Assembly: GCF_006345805.1 (NCBI RefSeq)
Contig: NW_021835977.1
Coordinates: 1 to 64,000, forward strand
Length of the DNA stretch: 64,000 nt
Reading direction: 5' to 3'
Source of the DNA: Octopus sinensis
Lineage: Eukaryota
The notes beneath the pieces are model-generated. The model did no database searches, was not told the DNA's origin, and was given only the letters and a program-made list of their open reading frames with translations. Positions 25,010-39,108 of the stretch are shown here, piece after piece. Made by a program: the position numbers and the translations under genes. How positions within the stretch are numbered: position 1 is the stretch's first letter; each line of letters begins with the position of its first letter.

Positions 25010-25330
25010 TTAGGCGCAGACATGGACGCGTGTGGTTTAGATTCAGGTTTGCAATCTCATGGTTTGGGGTTCAGTGTCATAGTGTATCCTCTTAAGGAAT
25101 GATTTCTATTATTGCCCAGGGCCAACCAATTCGATCATTGTGTTTACCTCTCTGACCTTTTTTACAGTCGCTTTTGTTTTGTTTATGTCCCTGAAAGTTA
25201 GTGGTTCGACAAAAACGATCGTAGAATAAGTTTCAGAATATTTAACATCGGGAGAGATTTGTTCCTCTTACACCTTCAAGGCGCTGCTCTATCATGGCTG
25301 CAGCCCCAAAACTAAAAGAACTGGAAGAAT
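25010..25330 (+). mobile_element. SINE family B, degenerate
   Basis: AGGCGCAGACATGG..GTGTGGTT head and family B tail. Confidence 0.6.
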
Positions 25331-25467
25331 ACATACATATTTAGGAACTTTTATAAAGTCCGAGAAAACGCGAAATTATTCTTTGGTTGATCTCGAAGCA
25401 AACAACGCTATAAATAATAACATACAAATATTGATTTATAAAAGCTTTATGGATATAAAATATCGGT

Positions 25468-25540
25468 TGAAGCCCACGGGACTCGAACCCAAATCTCCTG
25501 TGAACACGACAGGCGTTTTACCATTGTGGCAAAAGCATTC
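25468..25540 (-). pseudogene. tRNA-like cloverleaf (UGU at the anticodon position) with non-canonical loop and D stem
   Basis: Perfect CCUGU/ACAGG anticodon stem, 7-nt loop CGUGUUC, AGAU variable region, UUCGAGU T loop, GGGCUUC-A end, TTTT 7 nt downstream. Confidence 0.55.
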
Positions 25541-25689
25541 CTCAAATTACTCTGACCGTTTTACAAATTTAATTCTTACCAGCGAGAATTGTATGCCGTT
25601 TACGTCATGAGATTTTTTTTTATAAACTTCGAGAAAACGTAGAATGATTGCCTTTTGCAAAGTCGGAAACGAAGTAAATATGTGCATGT

Positions 25690-25760
<71 letters not shown>

Positions 25761-25992
25761 TAGGCACATATATACAATTATAGATTTATATATACATAAA
25801 TATATACATAACTACCTATCTATGTATATACACATACAAACACACACACACACATATATATGTATGTATATATAAATATACGGGTATATATGTGTGTGTA
25901 TATATATATATATATATGTGTGTGTGTATATATATATATATATATAATATATATATATATATATGTATGTATATATATATATATATATATAT

Positions 25993-26067
<75 letters not shown>

Positions 26068-27371
26068 TTGAACTGTGAAATCCTAGCTACATAGGATTGG
26101 CGCGATTGTCATGTTTGAAACGCCTTTGATCACAGGTCTGCCCGCTCAACCAGGGATGATCTTGGGCTAAGCAAATTGCATGCCTGTCACTTACTAATAG
26201 TTTCATATTAAGCGTAATATTTCGTCTTTCGACTATTCTACCATTTGAGTCATTGAAGAACGAAATAAATTGTCACGATATTTACTTGGAATTATCTTCA
26301 AATGTTTCTTCATCTCATAATTCACTCTATCTCGCATTTACGTTCTGTGTACTCTCTTTATCTTTTACCATCACTCAATCTCTCGTTCGGGTCTCTTTCT
26401 CTCCATCTCTCCCTCTCTAGCTCTCCTCTTGCTGTGTCCACAGGCAGGTGACGATGTATTGGCATTTTGAATCTGCCTTCTATAGCTCGAATTTCTTGTT
26501 CATTAGCTATTTGTCGGTCAAAGTTAAAGCATACAGTCGATGTTTTTCAATTTTACTTTTAATATTAGTTTTCCTATTGAATCAGGCTCAATCTTCTAAA
26601 ATCTTATTTCCTGTAAACAAGAGAGAAGGTCTTTTATGCACACTCGCCTGTTTCTATATTATCTCTTTCTTTAAATCCATCATTTTCAAACAATCATCTG
26701 AATATTATCAATAATAATAATAGTGATAATAATAAAAATAATAAATAGCGTTTCCACCGTCAGCATCAATTCGTAAAAGTTGTAGGTTACCTTCACATGA
26801 CTCTTAAGAAATTAAGAAACGTTTTATTGTGAAGTCAGAATGTTGTTAATAAGTGAATCTCTTAGAAATCTGGGTTTTATTACGTCTTAGTTCCGTTGTT
26901 CGTGGTCTGGTGAGTGTCGTATCAACAAAAGCTTGAATGGTCTACAGATTTGAGATGTCACAGAGATTGCTTCGACCTGCACACAAGCACTGGAACGTGT
27001 GAGCAAATGGGGGATATGTCAATGGAAAAATTTCTGCTAAAAGAAATAATAAGAACCATTGAAAGCAATGAGATATTAATGGTGATTTACAAAAGATATA
27101 AGGTTTTTCATCAACGTTATAACAAAATGTTCATACACTGTCAATTGAGTAATGTTCTTCAAAGCTCTGTGTGTTTATATGGGAGTGCGCAATGGTGAGC
27201 AATAGTGAAGTTTGTCTTTCTGTGTTTGGCCGTATATGTAAACGTAAGCGCAAATCTAAATGTAAAAGGTGTCGGTGGTGTTGGTGGTGGGAGGGCGTGG
27301 TCGGAGCGCTACAGATGTTTATGAATGCTCTTGTCCATGTGTGACTGTAAGTTTTTGTGATTTTCCTCTCT

Positions 27372-27432
<61 letters not shown>

Positions 27433-27503
27433 TATACACACATATATATACATAATATATATATATATATACACACATACATATATATATATACATACAT
27501 ATA

Positions 27504-27545
<42 letters not shown>

Positions 27546-27595
27546 TATATATATATATACGCATGTATACGCATGCATATATATATATATATAAT

Positions 27596-27638
<43 letters not shown>

Positions 27639-28431
27639 ATATGCATGTATGTATATGTGTGTGTATATATATGGATGTATATGTATAGATATGCATGTGT
27701 AAGTATAAGTGTATGCGTGTGTGTATGAACATGCACGCTAACTAGCAAAGATGTGATAATGTGCACACGTATATGTGCAAGTGTTAATGCGTGAGAGAGG
27801 AGATAAATAAAAAAAAAACCTTCTTAAATACTAATAAATACTAAATGAATATTCGAAATGTTCCTCCTTCTCTTTCGATATCTCCACCTACTCCTTCACC
27901 TTATCCCCCCAGCCTCTTCTTATTCGTCATCAGCATCAGCAGCAGTAACACCATTGCTCATCGCACCACCACCAACACCACCACCACCACCACCAACAAC
28001 AACAACAATAACAACAGCAACATTACCTTCTCTTCATTACCAGCCTCATCTTCATAATCACCACCATCACTATCACCATCATCATAAGCCTTAGTAATCA
28101 TCAATCATCATCATTATCACCATCATCATCATCATTGTCGACGTCGTCGTCATCATTATCATCATCATACCCTTCCGCGTTACCAACACCATCATCGTTA
28201 TAATTACCACTATGACCACCAGCACCAACACCATCATCATCATGGTCATCATCATCATGGTCATCATCATCATCATCATCATCGTCGTCGTCGTCGTCGT
28301 CGTAGTCGTAGTCGTCATCATCGTCGTCTTCATTATCATCATGGTCAACGTAATTATCATTACGCCCTACTCAATAATCATCACAACTTCCGACACTTCC
28401 ACTTCTGACAACCCCACTCCCCCATCATCAC

Positions 28432-28485
<54 letters not shown>

Positions 28486-29194
28486 CATCACCACATCCGA
28501 CACCACACTAGCGCCATCACCTTGCTTGTCATTGCGTCCCCTCTGTCTCCACCGTACATAGCCAAAGTCTGTTAAAGCAACTGCCACCACCACCTCTAGC
28601 ACCACTTACACAACCACCACCACCACCAACAACAACAAACAAACAACTGCAACATTACAAGAACAAGCGTAATGCATTTTCCAAAGTTGTTCGTAAAGAA
28701 TTCCTTCTTAATGAATTCTAATTTATTTTCACTTCCAAGTGGGGAAACTGACCCCAAATATTTCTTTTGAACCTCATTAAAGATTTCCAATTTCAGGGTT
28801 AACATATTGGGGTGTGCGTGTGTGTGTGTGTTTCTTTGTGTGTGTGAGTGAGTGTGTGTGTGTGTTTACCAATATCTTTGGAAGGAGATACCTTAATAAC
28901 TTCACTCTTCTTTCATCTATTGTCCCGAAGTCTTGTAGTAAATTCCCATCTTTTTCCAAGGACCCTTTCATTCTCTCTCTGACTTTCTCTGACTCTCTCT
29001 CTCTCACTCTCTGTCTCTCTCTTTATCTCTAGCGCTGTTCGTCTGAATATCAGAAATTGCCAAAATATATTGCTTACTTATTTTCTTCGACTTTCTGCCG
29101 CTTCCATAGATTATTTCACGTTAAACAGTTTACAGTCCCACGTGCATCTAGTTATCTAGTTCACTACTCATCACTCTATCTATCTATCTATCTA

Positions 29195-29238
<44 letters not shown>

Positions 29239-30024
29239 AATCTATCTATCTATTTGTCTATCTATCTAATTAGATGTCTATGCATCTAATCTGTTATTTT
29301 CTATCTATCTATCTATCTCAGTATATATATCCGTCTGTTTGTCTGTCTGTCTACCTATCTATCTATCTATCTGTCTATCTATCTGTCTGCCTCGCTTCCC
29401 GCCCGTCTGTCTGTCTATCTGTCTATCTATAAATCGATCGATCTATTTATATATGTGTTTACTCACAAGCACACAAACATATTATTCACGGATTATATTA
29501 TATAATAACATACAGATGAAAACAAAATGCAATCAATTGTTCATTTCGTGTAAATTTAACAATTCAATTACGAAACTTTCACTGTTAAGGAATGACTAAG
29601 TTTATTAGTAAATTTATAACTGACCCGGGTGGAACGAAATGCAAAATCGACCGCCGGAATCATGAACTCAGAAGGATAAAAAGACAGATGTAAATAGAGC
29701 GGGAAGTTCTAATGAAGGAGACCATTGTTTCTGTCATTCCTTAGTATAATGCACACGGTGGGATTTGAGCACAGAATGTGATGAACCGGAAATAATGCCA
29801 CAATGCTCTTTTTGATTTTTTTTCAAAATTCTAATGATTCTGTTAATCCACCACTCTTAACGATGATGATGATAGCCAAGTATATTGAAATACAATCATC
29901 GTTCCACCAGAGGGTACCATTATATATGACTGCTGGTATTTTGACATCTATTCCCTAAACTGAGTTTTCGCCTCGGCAAATTTCTAGGAAAACAGGATTT
30001 TCACCGGTTAAATGTTTCAAAAAT

Positions 30025-30572
30025 ACTAGTTTCAAATTTTGACACAAGGCCAGCAGTTTCGGGAGAGAGGCTAAGTCGATCACATCGACCCTCATGTCTT
30101 TATTTGTTCCGCGGACGAGCAAATGAGATTCAAGCTGCGCTAGTTGTGTATGATATCCTGCATTCTATGTTGTTGTTATTATTAGTATTATTGTTCTTTG
30201 AAATTTTGACCACATTGACTTTGCCTGTATTTATTCTATTGACCCCCCCAAAATATAAAAGGCAAAGTAGATCTCAGACAGAATTTGAACTCAACGTAAA
30301 GAAGGATGAAATGCCGCTAAGCATTTTCCTCGGCGTGCTAACGATTCTGCCAGATCGCCACTTTTTCAAATTTTGGCACAAGGCCAGCAATTTCAAGGAA
30401 GGGGCTAAATCGATTAAACGGCCCCAGTGATCAACTAGTACTGCTTTTATCGACCTCAACAGGATGAAAAGCATAGTCGACCACTGCGGTATTTGGACTC
30501 AGAGCATCAAGACGAACGAAATGCTTCTAAGCATTTTGCTACACATACCAATGAGTTTGCCAGCTCGCAGCC
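30025..30572 (-). mobile_element. cluster of three SINE family A fragments/copies
   Basis: 30025-30095, 30227-30360 and 30361-30572 are all reverse family A. Confidence 0.8.
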
Positions 30573-31150
30573 AATATGTCTCAAATATATTAACGATGTA
30601 AAAGATTAATGATGTTCATAATGAGGAAAGACAATGATAATGAAGTTAATACAAATTACCAACTAATCCCTAATTGCAACAACGGTTTCCGTGGGTGAGA
30701 AGAGAGTTAAGTGTGAAATTAAGGCCCGTATATTAGATAACTTTTAAACTACAGCCACCTATCATTCACATGTTTTAAAATTCTTTTGTTAATGGCTTTA
30801 AATGCATATAAAGTCGAGAGCAAACCTTGATAACTTTTCCGTCTCTTCATCCTAAACCAAGCATCACATGCTGGACCTGACATCTTGAGAGGTAGAGAAG
30901 GCTCAACAAGCAATCAGCTGCTGCTTGTTTACTGTTTAGTTGACTGAAACAACGTGAAATGAAGTGCTATGCTCACTGAGACAACGTAACCTCCGGCCCT
31001 AGGACTGAACCTGCAGCTTTGTGATTGCCACAGGACTTGCTGTCCAATCATCATATCCAAATTTACAATAGTCATCCGTTGGATGCAACGAAAGCCATTG
31101 TTACGATTCGGGTTTGATTGGCATTTTGTATTAAATTCTTTATCATCGTC

Positions 31151-31212
<62 letters not shown>

Positions 31213-31271
31213 GATAATCATCATCATCATCTTCATGATTAATTTTATTATCTTCATAAGATAAAGGACAG

Positions 31272-31455
31272 TCAATTGGCAGAAATGTCAGAATGTCGAA
31301 AAACGTAATACTTTACGGTATTAGTTCCAGTTCTTGACATTCTGTGTAGAAATCCGCCCGAGACCAACTTTAATTTTCTTTTCTCCGAGGTCGATAAAAT
31401 AGGGTACCTGTCAATTATTTGTGTCGATTGTATCGACTTAGCCCCCTCACCCACG
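31272..31455 (+). mobile_element. SINE family A, degenerate
   Basis: CCGAGGTCGATAAAATAGGGTACC core. Confidence 0.65.
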
Positions 31456-31879
31456 AGCAAACGTACAATAGCATACAGATACATTGTGATTTATGGCAAA
31501 AATGCAGTGTATATGTGGATAACAATTGCTGAGTTGCAGATTGAGCTGACATGGATATTTTGTAATGTACTGAAGAGGTTAAGTGAAAGTATGCGGCCTA
31601 ATTGTTAAAATATCCCGTACACGATCTTAAAAAACATGAGTGCAATTCTTGAGACCGAGTGGAACAAAATACTTCATTTTCCGTCTTTCCAATCTACTCC
31701 CCAGTAAAAGCTCTTCCACCTACCCATGAATCCCGGTTTATCTGCTGGGTCAAAAGCCAGGGGCCTACAGGGTATCGATATCTGTTCGCATCTGCGTAGG
31801 TACCGAAATCAAGAAATGAAAGCATGGTGTATATTACCAACCGTCACGAGTACCAAAATCTTGTGGTCGCAACGGATCC

Positions 31880-32045
31880 AGTTAGCACACATTATTTGCC
31901 ATCGAGAGGTTTTTCTTGTCATTTATCAGTCAGAATATCTAAGGCAACAGTTTTAGCACGGGTTTTCATGCGCTTAGCTTTGTCTGCGCTTGTTTCTCGT
32001 ATGTCTAATTCTGGAATTTGTCGTGTTTGGAATTCACTTAGATAT
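31880..32045 (-). pseudogene. R4/Dong-like LINE fragment
   Basis: LSEFQTRQIPELDIRETSADKAKRMKTRAKTVALDILTDK*QEKPLDGK, resembling the WxEKPLHGK motif. Confidence 0.55.
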
Positions 32046-32057
32046 TCCTTTGCCTGT

Positions 32058-32145
<88 letters not shown>

Positions 32146-32818
32146 TTACTACTATTATTATTACTATTATTATTATCGTTACTAGGTTGCTTTTATTTAA
32201 AATTTCTGCTAGTACTAGTAAAAATGGTAGTTTTTAATTACAGATACGGTGCTGTTGGTGTTTATGTTAATAATTCTTTAAGGAAAGCAGTAGTATACAC
32301 AGGTTTATAGTAGAGGTGGTGGCATGAATGGAAATGTCAACTGGTTTTAGCAGTGGTGGTGACTGGGGTTTTGAGGGGGATGGCGACGGTATTGGTGTGG
32401 GGGTCGGCGTGTTCCCATTGATAGCCGTCAAGGCGGTGTCAATAGCAGCGCGGAGACTGGAAATATACAGATGATTTTTATGATTTTTAATGATGGAATT
32501 TATATTAACGTAACAGAAATCCCCATGGGAAGGATCAAATGGCCGAGAATACCTCGTCAAGTAAATTTCCCGATTCAATGAGAGATTGTGAATGCGAACG
32601 TAGATACACAGACGCATAAACTTATATATATATATATACCTACATACATACATACATACATACATATATACATACATACATATAAATATAAATATAAATA
32701 TATATATAATATATATATATATACACATATATATATACATATACATATATATGTGTGTATATATATTTATTACATATACAAATATCTATACATAAATATA
32801 TACATATATATGTGTGTG

Positions 32819-32850
<32 letters not shown>

Positions 32851-32959
32851 ATATATATATAATATATATATATATAATATATATATAATATATATACAGT
32901 GAGAGAGAGAGAGAAAGAAAAATGGTCTGCAAGTATGAGTGTACGTTTTTCTGTAAGTA

Positions 32960-33195
32960 TATTTGAATGTAAGTATGTATGTATGTATGTACGAATGTAT
33001 GTATGTATGTATGTATGTATGTATGTATGTATGTATGTATGTATGTATGTATGTATGTATGTATGTATGTATGTATGTATGTATGTATGTATGTATGTAT
33101 GTAGGTAAGTAGGTAGGTAGGTAGGTAGGTAGGTAAGTAGGTAGGTAGGTAGGTAGGTACGTAGGTACGTAGCTACGTACGTACGTACGTACGCT
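32960..33195. repeat. (ATGT)n grading into (AGGT)n/(ACGT)n
   Basis: Direct inspection. Confidence 0.95.
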
Positions 33196-33849
33196 CGTAT
33201 GTAGGTATTGATGGATGGATGTAATTATAATACACACTACGCATGTTTTTACTATGTATGTATGTTGGCAAGCAGGTATGTATATCCCTATGCAGGTTTG
33301 TATGTAATTGTGTAAGTATGTATCTATAAATTTGATATGCGTACATAAATATTTTAAGAAAAATGCATGAGAAACTAAATATTTAGATATTTTCTTATCG
33401 AAATTGTTTTCTTTATTTTTTATCAAAATAATAATTCACTGCAGGTGATTATTATAACTAATGAATATTTCATATTTTTGCCGACGTAATTAAAAATAAT
33501 AAACACAATGGCGGTGTCGGATATGCCGGCAAAAACGACGTTATATTCAAAGAGTATAGCGGTGGTGGTGTTGCTCGTGATGATGGTGATGGTGGTGGTA
33601 GTCTTTTCATTGGTGATGTTCTTTTTACTTGTGGTATTGATAGTAGCGGTAATAGTGACAGTGCCGATAGTGTTGATGGCGGCGACACTGACCATCACGA
33701 ATATGATTAGGTTGATGATGTTGCTTATGATAAATAAGCTAATGCTTCTGTCTTCTTCTTTTTCTTCTTCTTCTTCTTTTTTCAATCAGGACACACGCCA
33801 TTAGCCACAAAGAATAATCTCTAATTCGAGCCTACTCTAAGCTACTAAG

Positions 33850-34264
33850 AATGCGTGTGGCAACTGGAAAATCCACCCACCACACGCGATAGACTGGCGG
33901 TTGCACGGGCGCGAAAGCTACGTTATTATCCACATTCCGTAAACGGTGGCTTTTAACGGCTGGAGAGCCGAACCATCCTGGAGTATAGAGGATTCGCAAT
34001 CTGAGACTAGGGTCTGAAAATTTACCCCACCATAGTGGGTTACACCATGGTTCTTCTGCTTTGTGGCAGAAGTAGGAAGAAAGAGTGAGAGGAAGTTGTG
34101 GTGAAAGAGTACAGCGTGGTTCACCACACTATCCCCGCCAGAGTCTCGTGGAGCTTAGGTGTTTTTGCTCAGTAAACACTCACAATGGTCGGTCTCAGAA
34201 TCGAAACTGCGTTCTCACGACCGCGAGTCCGCTGCCCTAACCACTGGACCATTGCGCCTCCACA
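33850..34264 (-). mobile_element. SINE family C, tail type 4
   Basis: Family C head and core at 34075-34264 followed by a unique GC-rich tail; distal boundary uncertain. Confidence 0.75.
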
Positions 34265-34907
34265 GTGCTGCTGTTGCTATTGTTGTTGTTGTTGCTACTG
34301 CTGCGGCTGCTGCAACTGCTGCTACTGATGATGATGATGATACAGTTGGCGCTTATGCCGATTATGATAATGATGATAGGAAGACGGTGATGAAGCAGCA
34401 ATGGCGATTGCTGCTTCTTTCTTTCTAGAAATTTTTGTCATTCGAAAGAGCATTTGTGATATCCGTAACGGAATAGTTAAAAAAGTTACAACCGAACAAA
34501 TCCGTTTTGCAAACTGGGAAGCGCAGATAGACCTAGACACTCTTAAGCAGAAGATGTAGTTTGTTCATGCGCAATCAACAAAGAGAGATTAACCTGCGTC
34601 GATGAAAAACGAAAAACCAGCTGTTTCATGTGCTAAATCCTGCTCTTGAACTAACAATTCAGGTACATGTACCTTTAATGGTGTTCTCAGTCAGCATCAG
34701 TGTGACGTATATGTACCTTATGAATTATAGATGCAGGCTTCTATACAGTTTCAGTTAATCCAGATTCATTCGCAAAGTGTAAGTCGAGCATTTGGCTAAG
34801 ATCCCAAGTGCAACGAACACAAACCCGCGTGGTTGCAAAACGAAGATTTTAAAATATTTTGCCATACTAAATGTATGTGTGTGCGTGCGCGTGTATTATA
34901 TACATAT

Positions 34908-34942
<35 letters not shown>

Positions 34943-34984
34943 GATATATATATATATATAGATAAAATTAGATAAACTTAGATA

Positions 34985-35444
34985 TGTTTCGACCAAAGAT
35001 TAATAGCACCACCTGATAGGATTATTCGAATCCTGTTTAAGTCAAGTTTTGTTTATGGTCCATTCAACTAGTGAGTTTTTGTTGGGTGAGTTGTATCCAA
35101 TTATGGGTGGCTTATCTGGTATTCCTTGAAGGAATCTATCCAGACTCCGTTTAAAGTTGATGGGATCCTTTTTCCTCTTTGATCTATCTCGGGACAATGT
35201 TAAATAGGACAGGGCCTGTTGAGGAAAAGAAATTATGTTGCAGTGTACATATATGCTGTGATCTTGAATTGGGCAGGGGACGTATGGCCAGTGGTCCCAG
35301 TCTTGGATGAACCTTGAAGCTAATGTTTAGGTCATTTGGGCAAAGTTGGCGGTATATTTTCCACATCGTACAAATGATGTACCGCTCAAGGCGACGCTGG
35401 AGAGAGTAAAGTTTCAAGGCTTTAAGGCGATCCCAATAATCGAG

Positions 35445-35445
<1 letters not shown>
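34985..35445 (-). pseudogene. CR1/L2-group LINE 3' end
   Basis: [22 protein letters not shown]...GPVLFNIVPR*IKEEKDPINFKRSLDRFL. Confidence 0.85.
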
Positions 35446-35482
<37 letters not shown>

Positions 35483-35540
35483 TATATATATATAATATAA
35501 TCCGTAACAAGATAATTCATTTATCCATTTATCCATTTCA

Positions 35541-35602
<62 letters not shown>

Positions 35603-35757
35603 GTATGTATGTATGTATGTATGTATGTATGTATGTATGTATGTATGTAGTATGTATGTGTGTATGTGTATATAAAGTTTCCAGTACACTCTGTCTTCCG
35701 TATCAGATATTTAGAATATACACAACGTAGATCCAGCGATTACTATTAATTAGTTGT

Positions 35758-35965
35758 AAGGCGGGGATCAAGGAGAGTCATTAGCACGCCAGGCCAAATG
35801 CTTGTGGAGTTTCTCGGTCTTTATGTTCTGTGTTCAAATTTTGCCGTCCTTGCCTTTCATCCTTTCGGGGCTGATTAAAATAAGTGCCAATTGAACACTG
35901 GAATCGATGCAATCAACTTAATCCCTACTCTGAAATTGCTGAGTTTGTGCCAAAATTTGAAATCA
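35758..35965 (+). mobile_element. SINE family A, degenerate
   Basis: GCCTTTCATCCTTTCGGGG core. Confidence 0.75.
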
Positions 35966-35984
35966 GTATTTTTATTCAATTGTA

Positions 35985-36315
35985 AGACGCTGAGCTAACA
36001 GAATCGTTTGCACGCAGGGCAAAACGGTTAGCGGCATTTCGTCCATGTTTACGTACTTAGTCGAATCCGCAAAGATCGAATCAGCCAAAGTCGAATCCGC
36101 CAAGGTCGAATCCGCCATGGTCGAATCCGTTAAGGTCGAATCAGCCAAGGTCGAATAAGCCAAGATCGAATCAGCCAGGGTCGAATCAGCCAAGGTCGAA
36201 TCAGACTTTCATCCTTTCGGGGTCGACAAATTAAGTACCAGTTGAGTAATGGATCGATATAAACAACTTACACCCTCGTCCAAAATTGCTGGACTTGCGC
36301 CAACATTTAAAATCA
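35985..36315 (+). mobile_element. SINE family A containing an internal 15-bp x10 minisatellite
   Basis: Head at 35985-36060, array at 36061-36205, core resumes CTTTCATCCTTTCGGGGTCGAC. Confidence 0.85.
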
Positions 36316-36519
36316 TTATTATTCAGTTACCATACTTTTATAGTTTATTTTCATTGCATCGCAAACTGCAGCCTTGTGTGCTTTTAGTGTTGTGTAAGTT
36401 TTGTCATTCTTAATATAATAATAGTACATAATATTTCGGCTGTCTCTAGCAATGCTATTTGCTGTACTTAACGTGTACAGCAAACAGCACACGTGAGTTC
36501 AGGGACTGATTTTGCTTTC

Positions 36520-37242
36520 AGGTTCCCCATTCTGTATTTCACGATAATTATATGAGAAGCATACTTTCAAAACCGGTATAAGTGCATATGCCGCTAAAGA
36601 TATGGGTGTAAATGCAGATGAAATGATGGGCAAAGAAGAGTTTAACCAGAGAGCTGAGGAGAAGAGAAAAGAAGACCTACTTGAAATGAGAAAGCATGGG
36701 CAGTTTGAAAGGAATACACAATACGTTAAGGATAATACAGCATCTTGGGCATGGCTTGAGCGAGTTGATTCGAAGCGTACCACCGAAAGCCTGATCATTG
36801 CTGCACAAGACCGGGCTCCCGCTACCATATTAGTGAAGTATAAGATCTATAAAACTTCTGACACCCAGAAATGCAGACTCTGTGGGAAATGTGACCCATG
36901 TGGTAAGTTGATGTGAGAGCCTTGCAAAAAAAGAATACAAGCGCCGCCACGGTAAAGTATGTGTGCATCTTCACTGGCTCTTATGCCGTAAATTCCAATA
37001 TGAAGTAACAGAGAACTAGTATGAGCATGTACCAAGTAAAGTTATGCTGGAGAATGGAAAAGTAACGACACCCTGGGACTAAGATTTTCAGACGGAACGT
37101 GTAATCGAACACCGTCAACCGGATATTGTCATATTAAATAAGAGAGGCAAATACTGTAAGGTCATCTGCCTGAGGTACTTGTTGTGACTTGACAGGTAAC
37201 TAAAGACTCCGGTGCATTTTTACCTATACTGTGTTACGAATA

Positions 37243-37245
<3 letters not shown>
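36520..37245 (+). pseudogene. R4/Dong-like LINE 3' part with (AAT)n tail
   Basis: HGQFER..WAWLER..TESLIIAAQD..KCRLCG..SLAKKEYKRRHGKV..WD..RQPDIV, then LRKV and (AAT)n. Confidence 0.9.
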
Positions 37246-37330
<85 letters not shown>

Positions 37331-37333
37331 CAA

Positions 37334-37884
37334 CAAATGCACTGATGCAGTATCAAGCAGTGGCTCTCATGGCTTCTCATCTTAACTGATTGGAAGTGTT
37401 ATCATGTACATTATCACGTCTTGGTATAAAAGATGGGCTACAGCAAATATTCTACTCAATACCACAGATTTGCTTGAAAGTTGTTTGACCTTTACCACTT
37501 GAGCATGTCCCTTTAGCGGCTGACGATATGTGGATGAGATCACGAGCAGAAGCAGTGAGGGAGCATCATAGCCGTGTGTTGAGGGGAATTCTCTGGGGTT
37601 TGAATAATTCATCACTGGAAACATGGGTGTTTCGTTCATCATGTTGAAACAACCCTTATTCGGAGACCTTTTGAGCGAGATGGGCTACTCGACCAGAAGA
37701 AAATTCTGAGCCCCCTCCCGGAAGGTCATGCGCTGTTTATCTTGATATGCTATCACCATGTTGTGCACATATGGTTGTGATGCATGTACCTGGTATATCC
37801 TTGTCACACGGGTAGTCATGATGGGTATACTGGGCTTCGTATATTTTACCCCAGTGTCACTTTGATGGCATGCACTGCTCTCTC
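37334..37884. mobile_element. 551-bp non-coding interspersed element flanked by (AAT)n on both sides
   Basis: (AAT)n at 37243-37327 and 37885-37950; no long ORF. Confidence 0.55.
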
Positions 37885-37952
<68 letters not shown>

Positions 37953-38217
37953 TAATATTGATAATAACAACAATGACAGTAGCAACAACAACAATAATAA
38001 TAAAATAATGATGTCGATGATAAAGATGCTAATGATGATGATGGTGATGATTTATTTGTCACTGTGGCATCTAATGAGAGCGAGTTACATGACCAGTTTA
38101 CAATTTGTTGAACGGTTTATATAAAAATACGATGGCAGGAAAGAGAGAGGAAAGAAAAAAGGTAATGGTAATGGTGGTTGTAGTGATGATGATGATGATG
38201 ATGATGATAATGGTTGT

Positions 38218-38358
38218 GGTGGTGGTGGTGGTGGTGATGGAAAAATGGATGAAGAAGTATGGAAATGAAGATGGAAAACAAAGAGAAGACGTAGGAAAGT
38301 GATAAAAACGAAGATAAAGTAGTAGTAGTAGTAGTAGTAGTAGTAGAGTAGTAGTAGT

Positions 38359-38418
<60 letters not shown>

Positions 38419-39070
38419 TTTTCTATGATGGCAATGATGATGATGACGACGATGACGACGATGATGACAGCGATGATGATGACGACGACAACGACGACGA
38501 CGATGATGATGATGATGATGATGATGATGATAGCAAAAATGAAATCAACAAAAATACATCGTCATACTTTCTTCATCAGTATTTTAATTCGTGATTATAA
38601 AACATTTAAGGACAGATGTGGTTCCTATCTTTAAGACACGGATAAGGCTTCACTTGAAGCATATTTAAAAAGCATTAAACTTTAAATAAACGAAACAAAA
38701 ACAAATCTGTGATAAGATGAAAGATAGAAATATATAGCATTAATGACGAGCGAGTTAGAGGTGACGAACGCTGCTAATACGTAAGAATAAAATGGTGGAA
38801 AAAGAAAACGAACGGAAAATTAATAGAATAAGAATTTAACAAGAAAAATACGGAGAAAAATGCATTTGGCGATAAAAGGAGGAAATAACAAATGCTCAAG
38901 ACAAATACAATACTGCTGCTGGTGCTACTGGTGGTGGTGGTGGTGATGGAAAAATGGATGAAGAAGTATGGAAATGAAGATGGAAAACAAAGAGAAGACG
39001 TAGGAAAGTGATTAAAACGAAAGATAGATAAAGTAGTAGTAGTAGTGTAGTAGTAGTGAGTAGTAGTAGT

Positions 39071-39108
<38 letters not shown>

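Noticed and set aside
28596-29007. Minus-strand ORFs with protein-like composition
   Set aside because: No splice acceptor context, they run into microsatellites, and no recognisable motif
31568-31600. CUGAAGA...GAAAG hammerhead-like spacing
   Set aside because: Helix II and helix III cannot form
36061-36205. CRISPR-like or coding (ADSTL)n interpretation
   Set aside because: Contiguous 15-bp units without unique spacers, inside a SINE in a eukaryotic context
37770-37884. HDV-like fold on minus (GUGCAUG/CAUGCAU P1)
   Set aside because: No 7-nt L3, P1.1 G or P2 found by hand
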